Part shown: piece by piece, positions 1-8,166 of the stretch
Position numbering within the stretch: the first letter of the stretch is position 1
How the letters are laid out: each line of letters starts with the position of its first letter
DNA from: Planctomycetota bacterium
GTDB taxonomy: Bacteria > Planctomycetota > SBBH01 > JACQRN01
Assembly: GCA_016206515.1 (NCBI GenBank)
Contig: JACQRN010000211.1
Span: 1-39,468, forward strand
Reading direction: 5' to 3'
Length of the DNA stretch: 39,468 nucleotides
The notes under the pieces: generated by a model
The model's input: the letters and a program-made list of their open reading frames with translations, nothing else
The model's database searches: none
Told to the model about the DNA's origin: nothing
Translations under genes and position numbers: made by a program

Positions 1-254
1 CAGAAAGTGGTACGCCATCCGGTCACCCTCCCCAGGGGGAAATGCGACCCCCCTCTACCTATAGGGAAAGGAGGGCCTCCGGACTACACGCGGAACAGAG
101 GGTTATGCGACAGGCTCCAATCTATTCTACAATACACGAAGGGGATGGACGGCTCCATCGTCCGCGCCGGAGACAAGCACATGCGCCAGGGGACCGAATA
201 CCGTTACATTCACGGCGAGGGCGTGCGGCATGGCAGGACTACCAGGAGGGGATC

Positions 255-683
255 ATGAAAACCGAGAAGGGAAGCGAACGGGTGAAAACCGTCCTGTGCG
301 TGGATGACGAGGAGAACGTCCTGAACGCGCTCAAGCGCCTCTTCCGGGGGATGCCCTACCGCGTGCTGACCTCGGCAAGCAGCGAAGAGGCGCTCCGGAT
401 CGTCGAGACGGAGAAACCGGACCTGATCCTCCTGGACCTCCGGATGCCGGAACTCGACGGCTGGGGGTTCCTCAAGGAGATCCGCTCACGCGGGCTTACG
501 AATCTTCCCGTCGTCATGGTGACGGGGGAAGGATCCGATGAATCGGCGATGCGAGGGTACCGCGAGGGCGGAACCTACTACATCACCAAACCCTTCAAGA
601 ACGAGACGGTGCGGCAGATCGTGGACTACTTGATCGGCGACCTCTCGGAAGAACAGCGCCGGTGGCTTGAGCAAAGGCTCTAA
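255..683 (+). CDS. single-domain response regulator (CheY-like receiver)
   Basis: ATG at 255 is preceded by AGGAGGG (244-250). 142 aa with receiver motifs VLCVDDEENVL, ILLDLRMPELDG, VVMVTG, ITKPF. The upstream part of the ORF from 42 is R/P-rich and treated as a non-coding extension. Confidence 0.85.
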   Translation: MKTEKGSERVKTVLCVDDEENVLNALKRLFRGMPYRVLTSASSEEALRIVETEKPDLILLDLRMPELDGWGFLKEIRSRGLTNLPVVMVTGEGSDESAMRGYREGGTYYITKPFKNETVRQIVDYLIGDLSEEQRRWLEQRL

Positions 684-713
684 AGGCTGGCGCATGAGGC
701 GGAAATCTACGAG

Positions 714-956
714 ATGCCCCCCGTCCAGATGGAGAGATACTGGGTGAGGAAGATCTACCAGGGAGATATCGTCTCCGCGCCCCCCACGAGGGTTTCGGCC
801 TCGGCGGCCATCCGGGCGGTCAGCCGGGACGAAGGGGGGATCTCTTTCGTTCTGGTGAACGATGTGACGGCGGATGTCAAGGTTCTCAGGATCGACGGCC
901 GCCTGCCGGCGGAGGGCGGCTACCTGTTGCGTGCGACGGCGCCGAGGGACCGGTAG
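714..956 (+). CDS. hypothetical small protein (80 aa), uncertain
   Basis: The ORF exactly fills the gap between the RR stop (683) and the kinase start (961). Composition is not R/P-rich shadow-like (ISFVLVNDVTADVKVLRIDG). No strong SD and no family recognised. Confidence 0.35.
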   Translation: MPPVQMERYWVRKIYQGDIVSAPPTRVSASAAIRAVSRDEGGISFVLVNDVTADVKVLRIDGRLPAEGGYLLRATAPRDR

Positions 957-960
957 GTGG

Positions 961-2463
961 ATGACAGCCGCCATCAACGTCCACAGGCAGATGGGGCTGT
1001 TGGCGCTCGCCGGGACATTGCTGGCGGCGGGGGTCGCCGCGCTCGTTTTCGGCCTCCTTTCGCAACAGGCGGTCGAGCGCGACGGCACGGAGGATGGTCT
1101 CAAACAGATGGCGGTCATCGGGAAGACCGTCCAGGGGTGCACGGCATTGCTCCTGTCCGTGAAGCCGTCCGTCGAGGGGGCGTTGTCCTCAGAGGATATG
1201 GAGCGCGCCCGGGGGCGCTGGGGGGAACTTCACGAGGAGCTGACAGGGAGGCTCCAGCCGATGAGATCGTTGTGCGGCAATTCTCCTGGAGATGAGACAA
1301 CATGGAACCTCCTCGGCAAGGTGGATCAAGGGATCCAGGAATGGTTTCGGTTGACCTCCCTGCAAGCTACCGGGGAGGTCGAGGAGATTCGCGAGGACGT
1401 GGACCGGGATATCGCCGCCTTGCAGGCAGAGATACGCAGCATGGAGACCCGCGCCTTGCAGGTGTTGTCCGTAGAACTTGAAAACACCCGGCGCGAAAGC
1501 CAACGGGTGCTCTACCGGTACGCCGCGGGAGTGTGCGTGTTGTCGGGCTTGACTGTGTTCTGTTTTCTCTGGACCTACCGATCTGTCGTGAAAATGTTCG
1601 ACACCACCGAGAGATTGCATCGCGAACTGCAGGGGAACCAGGCGCAACTGGTGCACTCGGAGAAGATGGCCGGGTTGGGCCAGATCGCGGCAGGCGTCGC
1701 CCACGAGATCAACAACCCCGTGGGGTTCATCATGAGCAACCTGGGCACCCTGACGGGGTACGTCTCCACCTTCAAAGGGCTCCTGGACGAGTACCAGCGC
1801 TTCAGCTCGGCCTTCCAGGAAGGGCGCAGCGGGGAAGCGGCGGAGATCCTCGCGCGGATCCAGGAGATCATCGAGAAGGAGGATCTCGACTACGTCCGCA
1901 AGGATGTGGACCAGCTCCTTTCCGAATCCGCGGAGGGCACCCACCGGATCAAGGAGATCGTCCAGAGTTTGAAGAGCTTCGCACACATCGACGAGGCCCA
2001 GGTCAAGGAGGCCAACGTCAACGACTGCATCGAGACCACCCTGAAGGTGATCTGGAACGAGCTGAAGTACAAGTGCAAGGTCTTGAAACGCCTGGGGGAC
2101 CTCCCCCCCATCCGCTGCTACCCGGGTCAGCTGAACCAGGTCTTCATGAACCTCCTCATCAACGCCGCCCAGGCCATCCCCGAGCGCGGGGAGATCCGGA
2201 TCGAGACCGAGGCCTCCGACAAAGACGTCATCGTGCGCATCTCGGACACGGGGACCGGCATCCCCGAGGAGAACCTGGCCAAACTCTTCACCCCGTTCTT
2301 CAGCACCAAACCCGTGGGCAAGGGGACCGGGCTCGGCCTCTCCATCGCCTTCGGGATCATCCAGAAGCACGGGGGCAGGATCGATGCCCGGAGCACGGTG
2401 GGCAAGGGCACCACCTTCACGATCCACCTGCCGTTGCGGGGGGGGGGGGACTGTGAACCATGA
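961..2463 (+). CDS. transmembrane sensor histidine kinase
   Basis: In-frame ATG at 961. Two hydrophobic segments (LLALAGTLLAAGVAALVFGLL and AAGVCVLSGLTVFCFLW) flank a ~190-aa helical sensor region. H-box GVAHEINNPVGF, N-box NLLINAAQAI, G1 DTGTGI, G2 GKGTGLGLSI. Confidence 0.9.
   Translation: MTAAINVHRQMGLLALAGTLLAAGVAALVFGLLSQQAVERDGTEDGLKQMAVIGKTVQGCTALLLSVKPSVEGALSSEDMERARGRWGELHEELTGRLQPMRSLCGNSPGDETTWNLLGKVDQGIQEWFRLTSLQATGEVEEIREDVDRDIAALQAEIRSMETRALQVLSVELENTRRESQRVLYRYAAGVCVLSGLTVFCFLWTYRSVVKMFDTTERLHRELQGNQAQLVHSEKMAGLGQIAAGVAHEINNPVGFIMSNLGTLTGYVSTFKGLLDEYQRFSSAFQEGRSGEAAEILARIQEIIEKEDLDYVRKDVDQLLSESAEGTHRIKEIVQSLKSFAHIDEAQVKEANVNDCIETTLKVIWNELKYKCKVLKRLGDLPPIRCYPGQLNQVFMNLLINAAQAIPERGEIRIETEASDKDVIVRISDTGTGIPEENLAKLFTPFFSTKPVGKGTGLGLSIAFGIIQKHGGRIDARSTVGKGTTFTIHLPLRGGGDCEP
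2438..2449 (+). repeat. G12 homopolymer tract at the 3' end of the kinase gene, 10 nt upstream of the next start codon
   Basis: Read as cgg ggg ggg ggg gac. The length is cross-checked against two ORF-track frames (LRGGGD and AVAGGGGL). Confidence 0.8.
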
Positions 2464-3275
2464 CTAACCACACGGTCCTCTGTGTGGATGACGAGGCGAG
2501 CGTCCTGGCCGCCTTGAAGCGACTTCTGCGGAAGGAGGATTACGCCGTTCTCACTGCGGAGAGCGGTGCGGAGGGCCTGGCCCTCCTGGAGAAGAATCCC
2601 GTGCAGGTTGTCATCTCCGACCAACGGATGCCACAGATGACAGGGACCGAATTCCTCCAGCAGGTGAAGGGGCGCCGTCCGGAAGCGGTTCGTGTGATCC
2701 TCTCTGGATACGCCGAGATGGCAAGCATTCTGGAGGCCATCAACCAGGGGGAAATCTACCGTTTCCTCGCCAAACCATGGCAGGACGAGGAGCTGAAGGT
2801 CGCCATCCGCCAATGCCTGGAGCAGTATGACATCCGGGCCGAGAACCGGCAGCTTCTGCGACAGATCCAGGCCCAGAACGGGCAATTGAAGGTTCTGAAC
2901 GGGAAGCTGGAGGAGACCGTCCAGGAGAGGACAAGATCCCTGCAGATGTCCCAGGACATCCTCTCGAAACTCGGGACGCCCATCCTCGGCGTGAGCGTGG
3001 AAGGACTGGTGGTCTTCGTCAACGAGGCGGCCTCGGCGCTGTTGCCCTCCGACACCAGGAACCTCGTCGGTGTCGCCGCCAGCGACGTGTTCCCTGACGG
3101 AATCATGAAGGCGATCGACCGATGCCTTGGGGGATCGGAGTCCGTCCAGGCGCATCCCGTCCAGTGGGCCGACAGGTCCTTGCGCGTGCGCGTCGACCCC
3201 CTGAAGACGGAAGGCCGATTGAGAGGATGCATCCTGACACTGGGAGGCGGCTATGAGCGCGCGAGTGATGGATGA
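2460..3275 (+). CDS. response regulator: receiver + coiled-coil linker + PAS-like C-terminal domain
   Basis: ATGA start/stop overlap with the kinase. Receiver motifs VLCVDDEASVL, VVISDQRMPQMTG, RFLAKPW. A heptad-like linker (NRQLLRQIQAQNGQLKVLNGKLEE) is followed by a PAS-like segment PILGVSVEGLVVFVNEAASALL. Confidence 0.85.
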   Translation: MTNHTVLCVDDEASVLAALKRLLRKEDYAVLTAESGAEGLALLEKNPVQVVISDQRMPQMTGTEFLQQVKGRRPEAVRVILSGYAEMASILEAINQGEIYRFLAKPWQDEELKVAIRQCLEQYDIRAENRQLLRQIQAQNGQLKVLNGKLEETVQERTRSLQMSQDILSKLGTPILGVSVEGLVVFVNEAASALLPSDTRNLVGVAASDVFPDGIMKAIDRCLGGSESVQAHPVQWADRSLRVRVDPLKTEGRLRGCILTLGGGYERASDG

Positions 3276-4467
3276 CATCCTGAGGAAGGTGCGGTCGATC
3301 CCGCCCCTCCCGAGTGCCGTCAGCGCCCTTCTCGGCATGGTCGATGACCCGGCCGTGGATATCCGGAAGATGGCGCAAGTGATCGCGCAGGATCAGGCGC
3401 TCACCGCCCGTATCCTCCGGGTTGCCAACTCCTCGTTTTACGGCCTCTCCCGCGCGATCGGCACGGTCCAGCAGGCGATCGTGGTCCTGGGGACGCAGGG
3501 CGTCCGGAACCTCGCGCTGGGGATTGCCATCCTCAGCCTCAAGATCGGGAAGTTCGGGACTCCACCCCTGGATCTGACTGCCCTGTGGAGACACTCCCTG
3601 GCTGTCGCAAGTGCCGCACGGGTCTTGGGTGTCCGCCTACGATACCCCGATCCGGAGGAGGTGTTTGTCGCCGGGCTTCTGCATGACATCGGAATGATCC
3701 TCCTGGCCGAGTATTCCCCCGAACGCTACGGGACCCTCCTGAAAGAGGCCGCGTCCCAGGCCATGCCGCTGCATCTTCTGGAACGGCGGGAATTCGGGAT
3801 CGATCATGCCCAGGCCGGCGCGGAACTCTGCAAGCGCTGGAACATCCCGCCGCGCATCGTGGAGGGGATACTCGACCACAACCGGACGATCCTGGAAACG
3901 GGATGCGCCGGGGAGGAACCGACCGCGGCCCAACTGGTTCGGGGCGCGGACGCACTGGCGCGCATTTCAGGGCTCGGCGCGGACGGCGATCCATGCGTGC
4001 AGATGGACTTCCTTGCGCTTCTGGGCGCCAAACATGTGCGCGCCGAGCATCTGCGCATCCTCCTCCTGGGGCTTTCGGAAGAGGTCCGCAAGGCCGAGGT
4101 CTTCTTCAACCTGGACCGCCCGGCTTCCGAAACGCCGCCGCATCCCCAGGAATCTCCCGGGATCTGCGTGTCCGTGGCGGATGTGCCGGAACGGGAGATC
4201 GTCACGCTCTGCCTGCTTTCCCTGGGGTACGCGGTTGTCTTTCCGGATCATCTGGAGACCTCTGCGCATCTCGCCGGGATCGTATCGGACTGTCCGCTTC
4301 CGCCGACCCTGCAGGGGATCGCCAAGAAGACCGGCCTCCCGATCCTCGATCTCCTCCCGCGGCGGGAACAGGAGAAGCGGGGGACAACGGGCTCCTTCCC
4401 GGTGCATCGATTGGAAGACTGGCTCAAGGGGGCGGGCATCCCCGTCCCGTCCGGGGAGCGCCGGTGA
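3253..4467 (+). CDS. HDOD domain protein with an uncharacterised C-terminal domain
   Basis: HDOD-type N-terminus: IPPLPSAVSALLGMVDDPAVDIRKMAQVIAQDQALTARILRVANSSFYGL, then LHDIGMILL and IDHAQAGAEL. The start could instead be the ATG at 3268. Confidence 0.8.
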   Translation: MSARVMDDILRKVRSIPPLPSAVSALLGMVDDPAVDIRKMAQVIAQDQALTARILRVANSSFYGLSRAIGTVQQAIVVLGTQGVRNLALGIAILSLKIGKFGTPPLDLTALWRHSLAVASAARVLGVRLRYPDPEEVFVAGLLHDIGMILLAEYSPERYGTLLKEAASQAMPLHLLERREFGIDHAQAGAELCKRWNIPPRIVEGILDHNRTILETGCAGEEPTAAQLVRGADALARISGLGADGDPCVQMDFLALLGAKHVRAEHLRILLLGLSEEVRKAEVFFNLDRPASETPPHPQESPGICVSVADVPEREIVTLCLLSLGYAVVFPDHLETSAHLAGIVSDCPLPPTLQGIAKKTGLPILDLLPRREQEKRGTTGSFPVHRLEDWLKGAGIPVPSGERR

Positions 4468-5609
4468 GCACACCCAAGATCCTGTTCGTCGACGACGAGG
4501 AGAATGTCCTTTCGGCCTTTCGACGGACGCTCCGCAAGGAACCGATCGAGGTCTCTTCCACGACCTCCCCGCAGGAGGGGATCGATCTTGTGAAGAAGGA
4601 GACGTTCGCCGTCGTCGTCTCGGACCTCCGGATGCCCCAGATGGACGGCGTGGCCTTCCTGAGCCAGGTCCAGAAGGCCTCGCCCGATTCGGTCCGGATC
4701 CTGCTCACGGGCCAGGCGGACCTGGACGCCACGATCGCCGCGGTGAACGAAGGGCGGGTCTTCCGTTTCCTGACCAAGCCATGCCCTCCCGATGTGTTGA
4801 CGGCCGCGCTCGGGATGGCGCTCGACCAGTACCGTCTCGTGGTCGCCGAGCGGGATCTCCTGGAAAACACCCTCAGCGGAAGCGTGAAGGTCCTGACCGA
4901 GATCCTGAGCCTTGTGAACCCGATCGCCTTCAGCCGCGCCGCGCGGATCAAGCGTTACGCCGCCCAGGTCGCCGAACACCTGGGACTCCCGCAGAAATGG
5001 CAGTTCGGGATCGCGGCGATGCTCTCGCAAATCGGATGCGTGACGCTCCCGCCGGACCTGTTGAACAAGGTCTACGCCGACCAGCCCCTCTCCGAAGAGG
5101 AGAAGAAGCTCTTCTCCTCCCACCCCGCCGTGGGGCGCACGCTTTTGGCGAACATCCCCCGGTTGGAACTCGTCGCCCGGATGATCGAGGGACAGCAACA
5201 GCCCTTCCTGATCGCCCAGGGGACGTCCCCATCCGCCGACGAAAGGGTGGCAAGGCTCGGCGCCGAGATCCTGAAAGCCGTCCTCGACTTCGACGCATAC
5301 TTGGCCAAGCGGAAGCCGGCCGCCGACGCCCTTGCCCTGATGCAGGGAAAGGAGGGGAAGTACAACCCGAAGGTGCTCGAGGCTCTCCGGTTGCTGGACG
5401 TCGACCGCGTGATCTTCGTCCTCCAGGCCGTAACGATCAAGCAGCTGACGACCACGATGGTGCTCGACGAGGATGTGTCGACGAACGGTGGCGTGCTGCT
5501 CGTGGTCAAGGGTCAGGAGGTTACCTATCCCGTCATCGAGCGTCTGCGACTCTACGCGGCCCATGGGGCCGGGGTGAAACAGCCGTTCCGGGTGCTGGTG
5601 CGGCAATAG
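4464..5609 (+). CDS. response regulator with a degenerate HD-GYP-like output domain
   Basis: GTG at 4464 in a GTGA overlap with the HDOD stop. Receiver motifs ILFVDDEENVL, VVVSDLRMPQMDG, RFLTKPC. The output domain follows the HD-GYP layout, but HD is replaced by SQ (AAMLSQIGCV) and there is no HHE..DG.GYP block. Confidence 0.8.
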   Translation: MSTPKILFVDDEENVLSAFRRTLRKEPIEVSSTTSPQEGIDLVKKETFAVVVSDLRMPQMDGVAFLSQVQKASPDSVRILLTGQADLDATIAAVNEGRVFRFLTKPCPPDVLTAALGMALDQYRLVVAERDLLENTLSGSVKVLTEILSLVNPIAFSRAARIKRYAAQVAEHLGLPQKWQFGIAAMLSQIGCVTLPPDLLNKVYADQPLSEEEKKLFSSHPAVGRTLLANIPRLELVARMIEGQQQPFLIAQGTSPSADERVARLGAEILKAVLDFDAYLAKRKPAADALALMQGKEGKYNPKVLEALRLLDVDRVIFVLQAVTIKQLTTTMVLDEDVSTNGGVLLVVKGQEVTYPVIERLRLYAAHGAGVKQPFRVLVRQ

Positions 5610-5649
5610 CGGACGGCCCTGCACAGCTGATCATGGAAGGTCAGGATCC

Positions 5650-6099
5650 TCACGGCCCGGGCGGAGGGGAGGGCTTCAGGAGAAGTTCGAAGACCTTCGT
5701 GACGAGCTGGGAGACCTTGAACGGCTTGGGGACGAAGGCGTCGGGCTGGATCTTCGCCTGGCGGAGGCGGTCGAGACCCTTCGGGTGCGCGGTCATCATC
5801 ACCAGGCGGATGTGGCTCGTCCTGGGGTTGGTCTTGACGCGCTGGCACAGTTCCACGCCGTCGATCAACGGCATCATCATGTCCGTCAGGACGAGGACGG
5901 GGAGCTCCCGCTCGATCACCTCCAGCGCCGCCTTCCCGTCCGCCGCGTAGAGGATCCGGTACTGCCCGTCCTTTTCGAACTGCATCCGCAACAGATTCAG
6001 CAGGAGCCGGTTGTCCTCGGCCACGAGGATCGCGGGCGGGAGCGGCTTCCCCGCGGGGGGAGACTCGACCATGGGGGAAGTCTGGCAGACGGACCGCAT
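5650..6099 (-). CDS. single-domain response regulator, last gene of the filament operon
   Basis: Receiver motifs ILVAEDNRLLL, VLTDMMMPLIDG, VMMTAH, VPKPF. ATG at 6099 shares one base with the PilO-like TAA stop (TAATG). An alternative ATG is at 6072. The rest of the 396-aa ORF is an R/P/G-rich shadow. Confidence 0.8.
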   Translation of the reverse strand: MRSVCQTSPMVESPPAGKPLPPAILVAEDNRLLLNLLRMQFEKDGQYRILYAADGKAALEVIERELPVLVLTDMMMPLIDGVELCQRVKTNPRTSHIRLVMMTAHPKGLDRLRQAKIQPDAFVPKPFKVSQLVTKVFELLLKPSPPPGP

Positions 6100-6677
6100 T
6101 ACGGGAAGGTGTAAGCCTCCACCTGGAGGGCGCACCGCAACCCGTGCGGGCCCGCCTCGATCGACAGGGAGCGGAAGCAGACCGGCGGCGTCATCGTCGG
6201 CGCAAGCGGCCCGGCCTCTTCCAACCTCCGCAGGTACCCCACGACGGCGGGGAAGGGGCCCTCGAAGGAGATCTCTGCGAGGCGCTGCTGGAACTTCCCC
6301 ACCGGCTGCCCCCCCCGCTTGACCACCCCCGGCGTGGCGGCTAGATCGTAGGTGCGCCCCTTCAACAAGGTCTCGTACGACAGGAACCGGTCGGGGAGGC
6401 TCCCTTCGATCCGTTTCAGGAGCGCGCCGTTGACCGAGAGGATCTCCTGAAGACGCTCCACCTCCTGGCGCAACCCCTGCGGCGTGAACGGGAGCCTTCG
6501 CCCCTCCTGCAGGGCGGTCCAGCGGGGAATGATCGCGGCATAGACGTAGAAAAACGCGAACAGGCAGAACGCCCCCGCCTCGAACGCGACAAGCGTGCGA
6601 AGACGCACGGCCGGGACCCACGACGGCAGGCGCATACCCAGCAGGACGCGATCGAAACGGAGGATCCAGCGTCTCAC
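6099..6677 (-). CDS. pilO: PilO/GspM-like inner-membrane assembly protein
   Basis: GTG at 6677 in a GTGA overlap with the PilN stop. One N-terminal TM (LVAFEAGAFCLFAFFYVYAAII), then a coiled segment (LRQEVERLQEILSVNGALLKRIE) and a ferredoxin-like C-terminus. Position after pilM and pilN supports the call. An alternative ATG is at 6635. Confidence 0.7.
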   Translation of the reverse strand: MRRWILRFDRVLLGMRLPSWVPAVRLRTLVAFEAGAFCLFAFFYVYAAIIPRWTALQEGRRLPFTPQGLRQEVERLQEILSVNGALLKRIEGSLPDRFLSYETLLKGRTYDLAATPGVVKRGGQPVGKFQQRLAEISFEGPFPAVVGYLRRLEEAGPLAPTMTPPVCFRSLSIEAGPHGLRCALQVEAYTFP

Positions 6678-7270
6678 CGGGGCTCCTCGCCGGGAGGCGT
6701 CGGCATCGGCGCCCCGGCGATCTCCCGCACGAGGCACGGCGGGACAAGGGAACACTCGATCTCGACCTGCTGCCACCCGCTCTCGTCGTCCTGCAGGAGG
6801 CCCGGGGTGGCCGAGCGGATCCCGCCACGCCCCGATTCAAGATCCGCGAGAAATGCGACGAGCGCGGCGGAATCCTCGCACAGGACCGAGAGCCGCAGGG
6901 TGTCCGTATCCCGATCGATCTGGAGGGTCCGGAACCGGATCCGCCGGCCCGCCAGGGAGGCGGTATGCAGCAGGAGATCGGACCAGACGCGCCGGCCCGT
7001 GACGATCGTCATGACCCCCTGCGCCTCCAGGCGCATCCGCTCCAGCTCCCCCCGCTGGCGTTCCAACCGCGACATCCGCGCCAGCACCAAAGGATCGGTC
7101 GGCGCAAGGAGCCACCGCCGGTACACGAACCACCCCCCCTCCATCCCGAGCGCGGAGAGGGGAAGCAGGACGGCAAGGACCAGGAGGCTCAGCACGATCC
7201 CGTAATCGTCGCGCCTCCGGCGCAGTTCCCCCGGCAGGAGATTCAACGGCGGGATCCCCTGGTCGCTCAC
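6674..7270 (-). CDS. pilN: PilN-like inner-membrane assembly protein
   Basis: GTG at 7270 in a GTGA overlap with the PilM stop. N-terminal NLLP motif (IPPLNLLPGELRRRR), followed by a TM (IVLSLLVLAVLLPLSALG) and a coiled coil (RLERQRGELERMRLE). Confidence 0.75.
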   Translation of the reverse strand: MSDQGIPPLNLLPGELRRRRDDYGIVLSLLVLAVLLPLSALGMEGGWFVYRRWLLAPTDPLVLARMSRLERQRGELERMRLEAQGVMTIVTGRRVWSDLLLHTASLAGRRIRFRTLQIDRDTDTLRLSVLCEDSAALVAFLADLESGRGGIRSATPGLLQDDESGWQQVEIECSLVPPCLVREIAGAPMPTPPGEEPR

Positions 7271-8130
7271 GCCGCGATCCCATCGAGGACGCCGCAGCAG
7301 ACCGCGAACGCGGCGCCCGTCACCCCCGCCGGGAGCCCCCCCTGCGGGAGATCCGGCGGGTAGAGGATCGAGGCGGTCACCCCCAGGTGCATCTGCAGCG
7401 CGCCCGCGATGGCGTCGCTCGCGGCATCCCCGCACAACAGGACCAGGGAGACCGGCGCCAGGGGATGGCGCGTCTCGAAGTGGATCAGATGCCGCTCGCA
7501 GAACCGCAAGAGATCCTGCGCGCGGGGGGGCGCGGCGTGCCGCTGCACGCCGACCCCGCACAGCGCGTCGTTGCGCAGCAGCACGAGCACGGTGGCGTCG
7601 GCGCGCAGGTCGAGAAGCGCCAGGGCCTCCCCCCCCACCCTGGCCCCCAGCCGCGCGAGCGCCGTCGGCGCCACCTCGACGCGCTCGACCCACCCGCCCC
7701 GCGCGCGGACGGCTCGCGAGAGGGTCTCGACGAGCGCCCGGGGAGCCGATGCCAACAGATGCGGCGACGCCCCCTGAATCCCTCCCTCCTCCAGGGGGAA
7801 GGCGTCCAGAACGCTCTCCCGGGCGGCGTCGGGATGGACGCGCGAGACGTGCTCACGCAGGACGGCCTCCTGACCGCGCGTGTCCGGCGGGAGACGCAAG
7901 GTTCGGACCCAGGCAGAGGATCCCGAGAGCGCGAAATAACACGGGGCGCGACGCAGGGAGATCCGGTCCAGGAACCCCTCCAGGCGCCCCTCCCATCCCT
8001 CCTCGCCAGGGAGGATCCCCTCCGCGACGTGCGAGGCGACGATGGACACCCCCTGCGAGGTCCAGGACGCCTCGAGCGCGAGCGAGCGCGCATCGCCCAG
8101 GTCGATCCCCACCCCCCTTCGCGAAGGCAC
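7267..8130 (-). CDS. pilM: PilM-like actin-fold pilus assembly protein
   Basis: 287 aa. GTG start with a G-rich SD upstream (GAGAGGGGGGG). N-terminal GIDLG-type phosphate loop (VGIDLGDARSLAL). Size and position immediately upstream of pilN/pilO fit PilM. Confidence 0.75.
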   Translation of the reverse strand: MPSRRGVGIDLGDARSLALEASWTSQGVSIVASHVAEGILPGEEGWEGRLEGFLDRISLRRAPCYFALSGSSAWVRTLRLPPDTRGQEAVLREHVSRVHPDAARESVLDAFPLEEGGIQGASPHLLASAPRALVETLSRAVRARGGWVERVEVAPTALARLGARVGGEALALLDLRADATVLVLLRNDALCGVGVQRHAAPPRAQDLLRFCERHLIHFETRHPLAPVSLVLLCGDAASDAIAGALQMHLGVTASILYPPDLPQGGLPAGVTGAAFAVCCGVLDGIAA

Positions 8131-8166
8131 CCGCCCCCCCCTCTCACGCGGCCAGGCGCTGGCGCG

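Noticed and set aside
30-120. c-di-GMP-I (GEMM) riboswitch-like fragment (GGGCCTCCGG)
   Set aside because: Only the CCUCCGG patch resembles the consensus. The GCAAA / CGAAAG / ACGCAAAGCC elements and the paired architecture are missing.
226-245. Sigma-54 promoter-like TGGCAG upstream of the first regulator
   Set aside because: There is no GC -12 element at the required spacing (TGGCAGgactaCCAGG).
42-254. Long N-terminal extensions offered by the ORF track (42-254; also 874-960, 10563-10853, 6100-6840, 16393-17610, 18511-19029, 18993-19751, 12697-13011, 36455-36766)
   Set aside because: The extensions are R/P/G-rich and overlap upstream genes. Internal starts with SD sequences or 4-nt start/stop overlaps give proteins with proper signal, prepilin or receiver N-termini.
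3806-5950. 714-aa and 568-aa + strand ORFs spanning the HDOD and RR genes, and the 458-aa - strand ORF at 4248-5624
   Set aside because: These are out-of-frame or upstream shadow extensions. The real genes are defined by HDOD and REC motifs and by the GTGA coupling at 4464.
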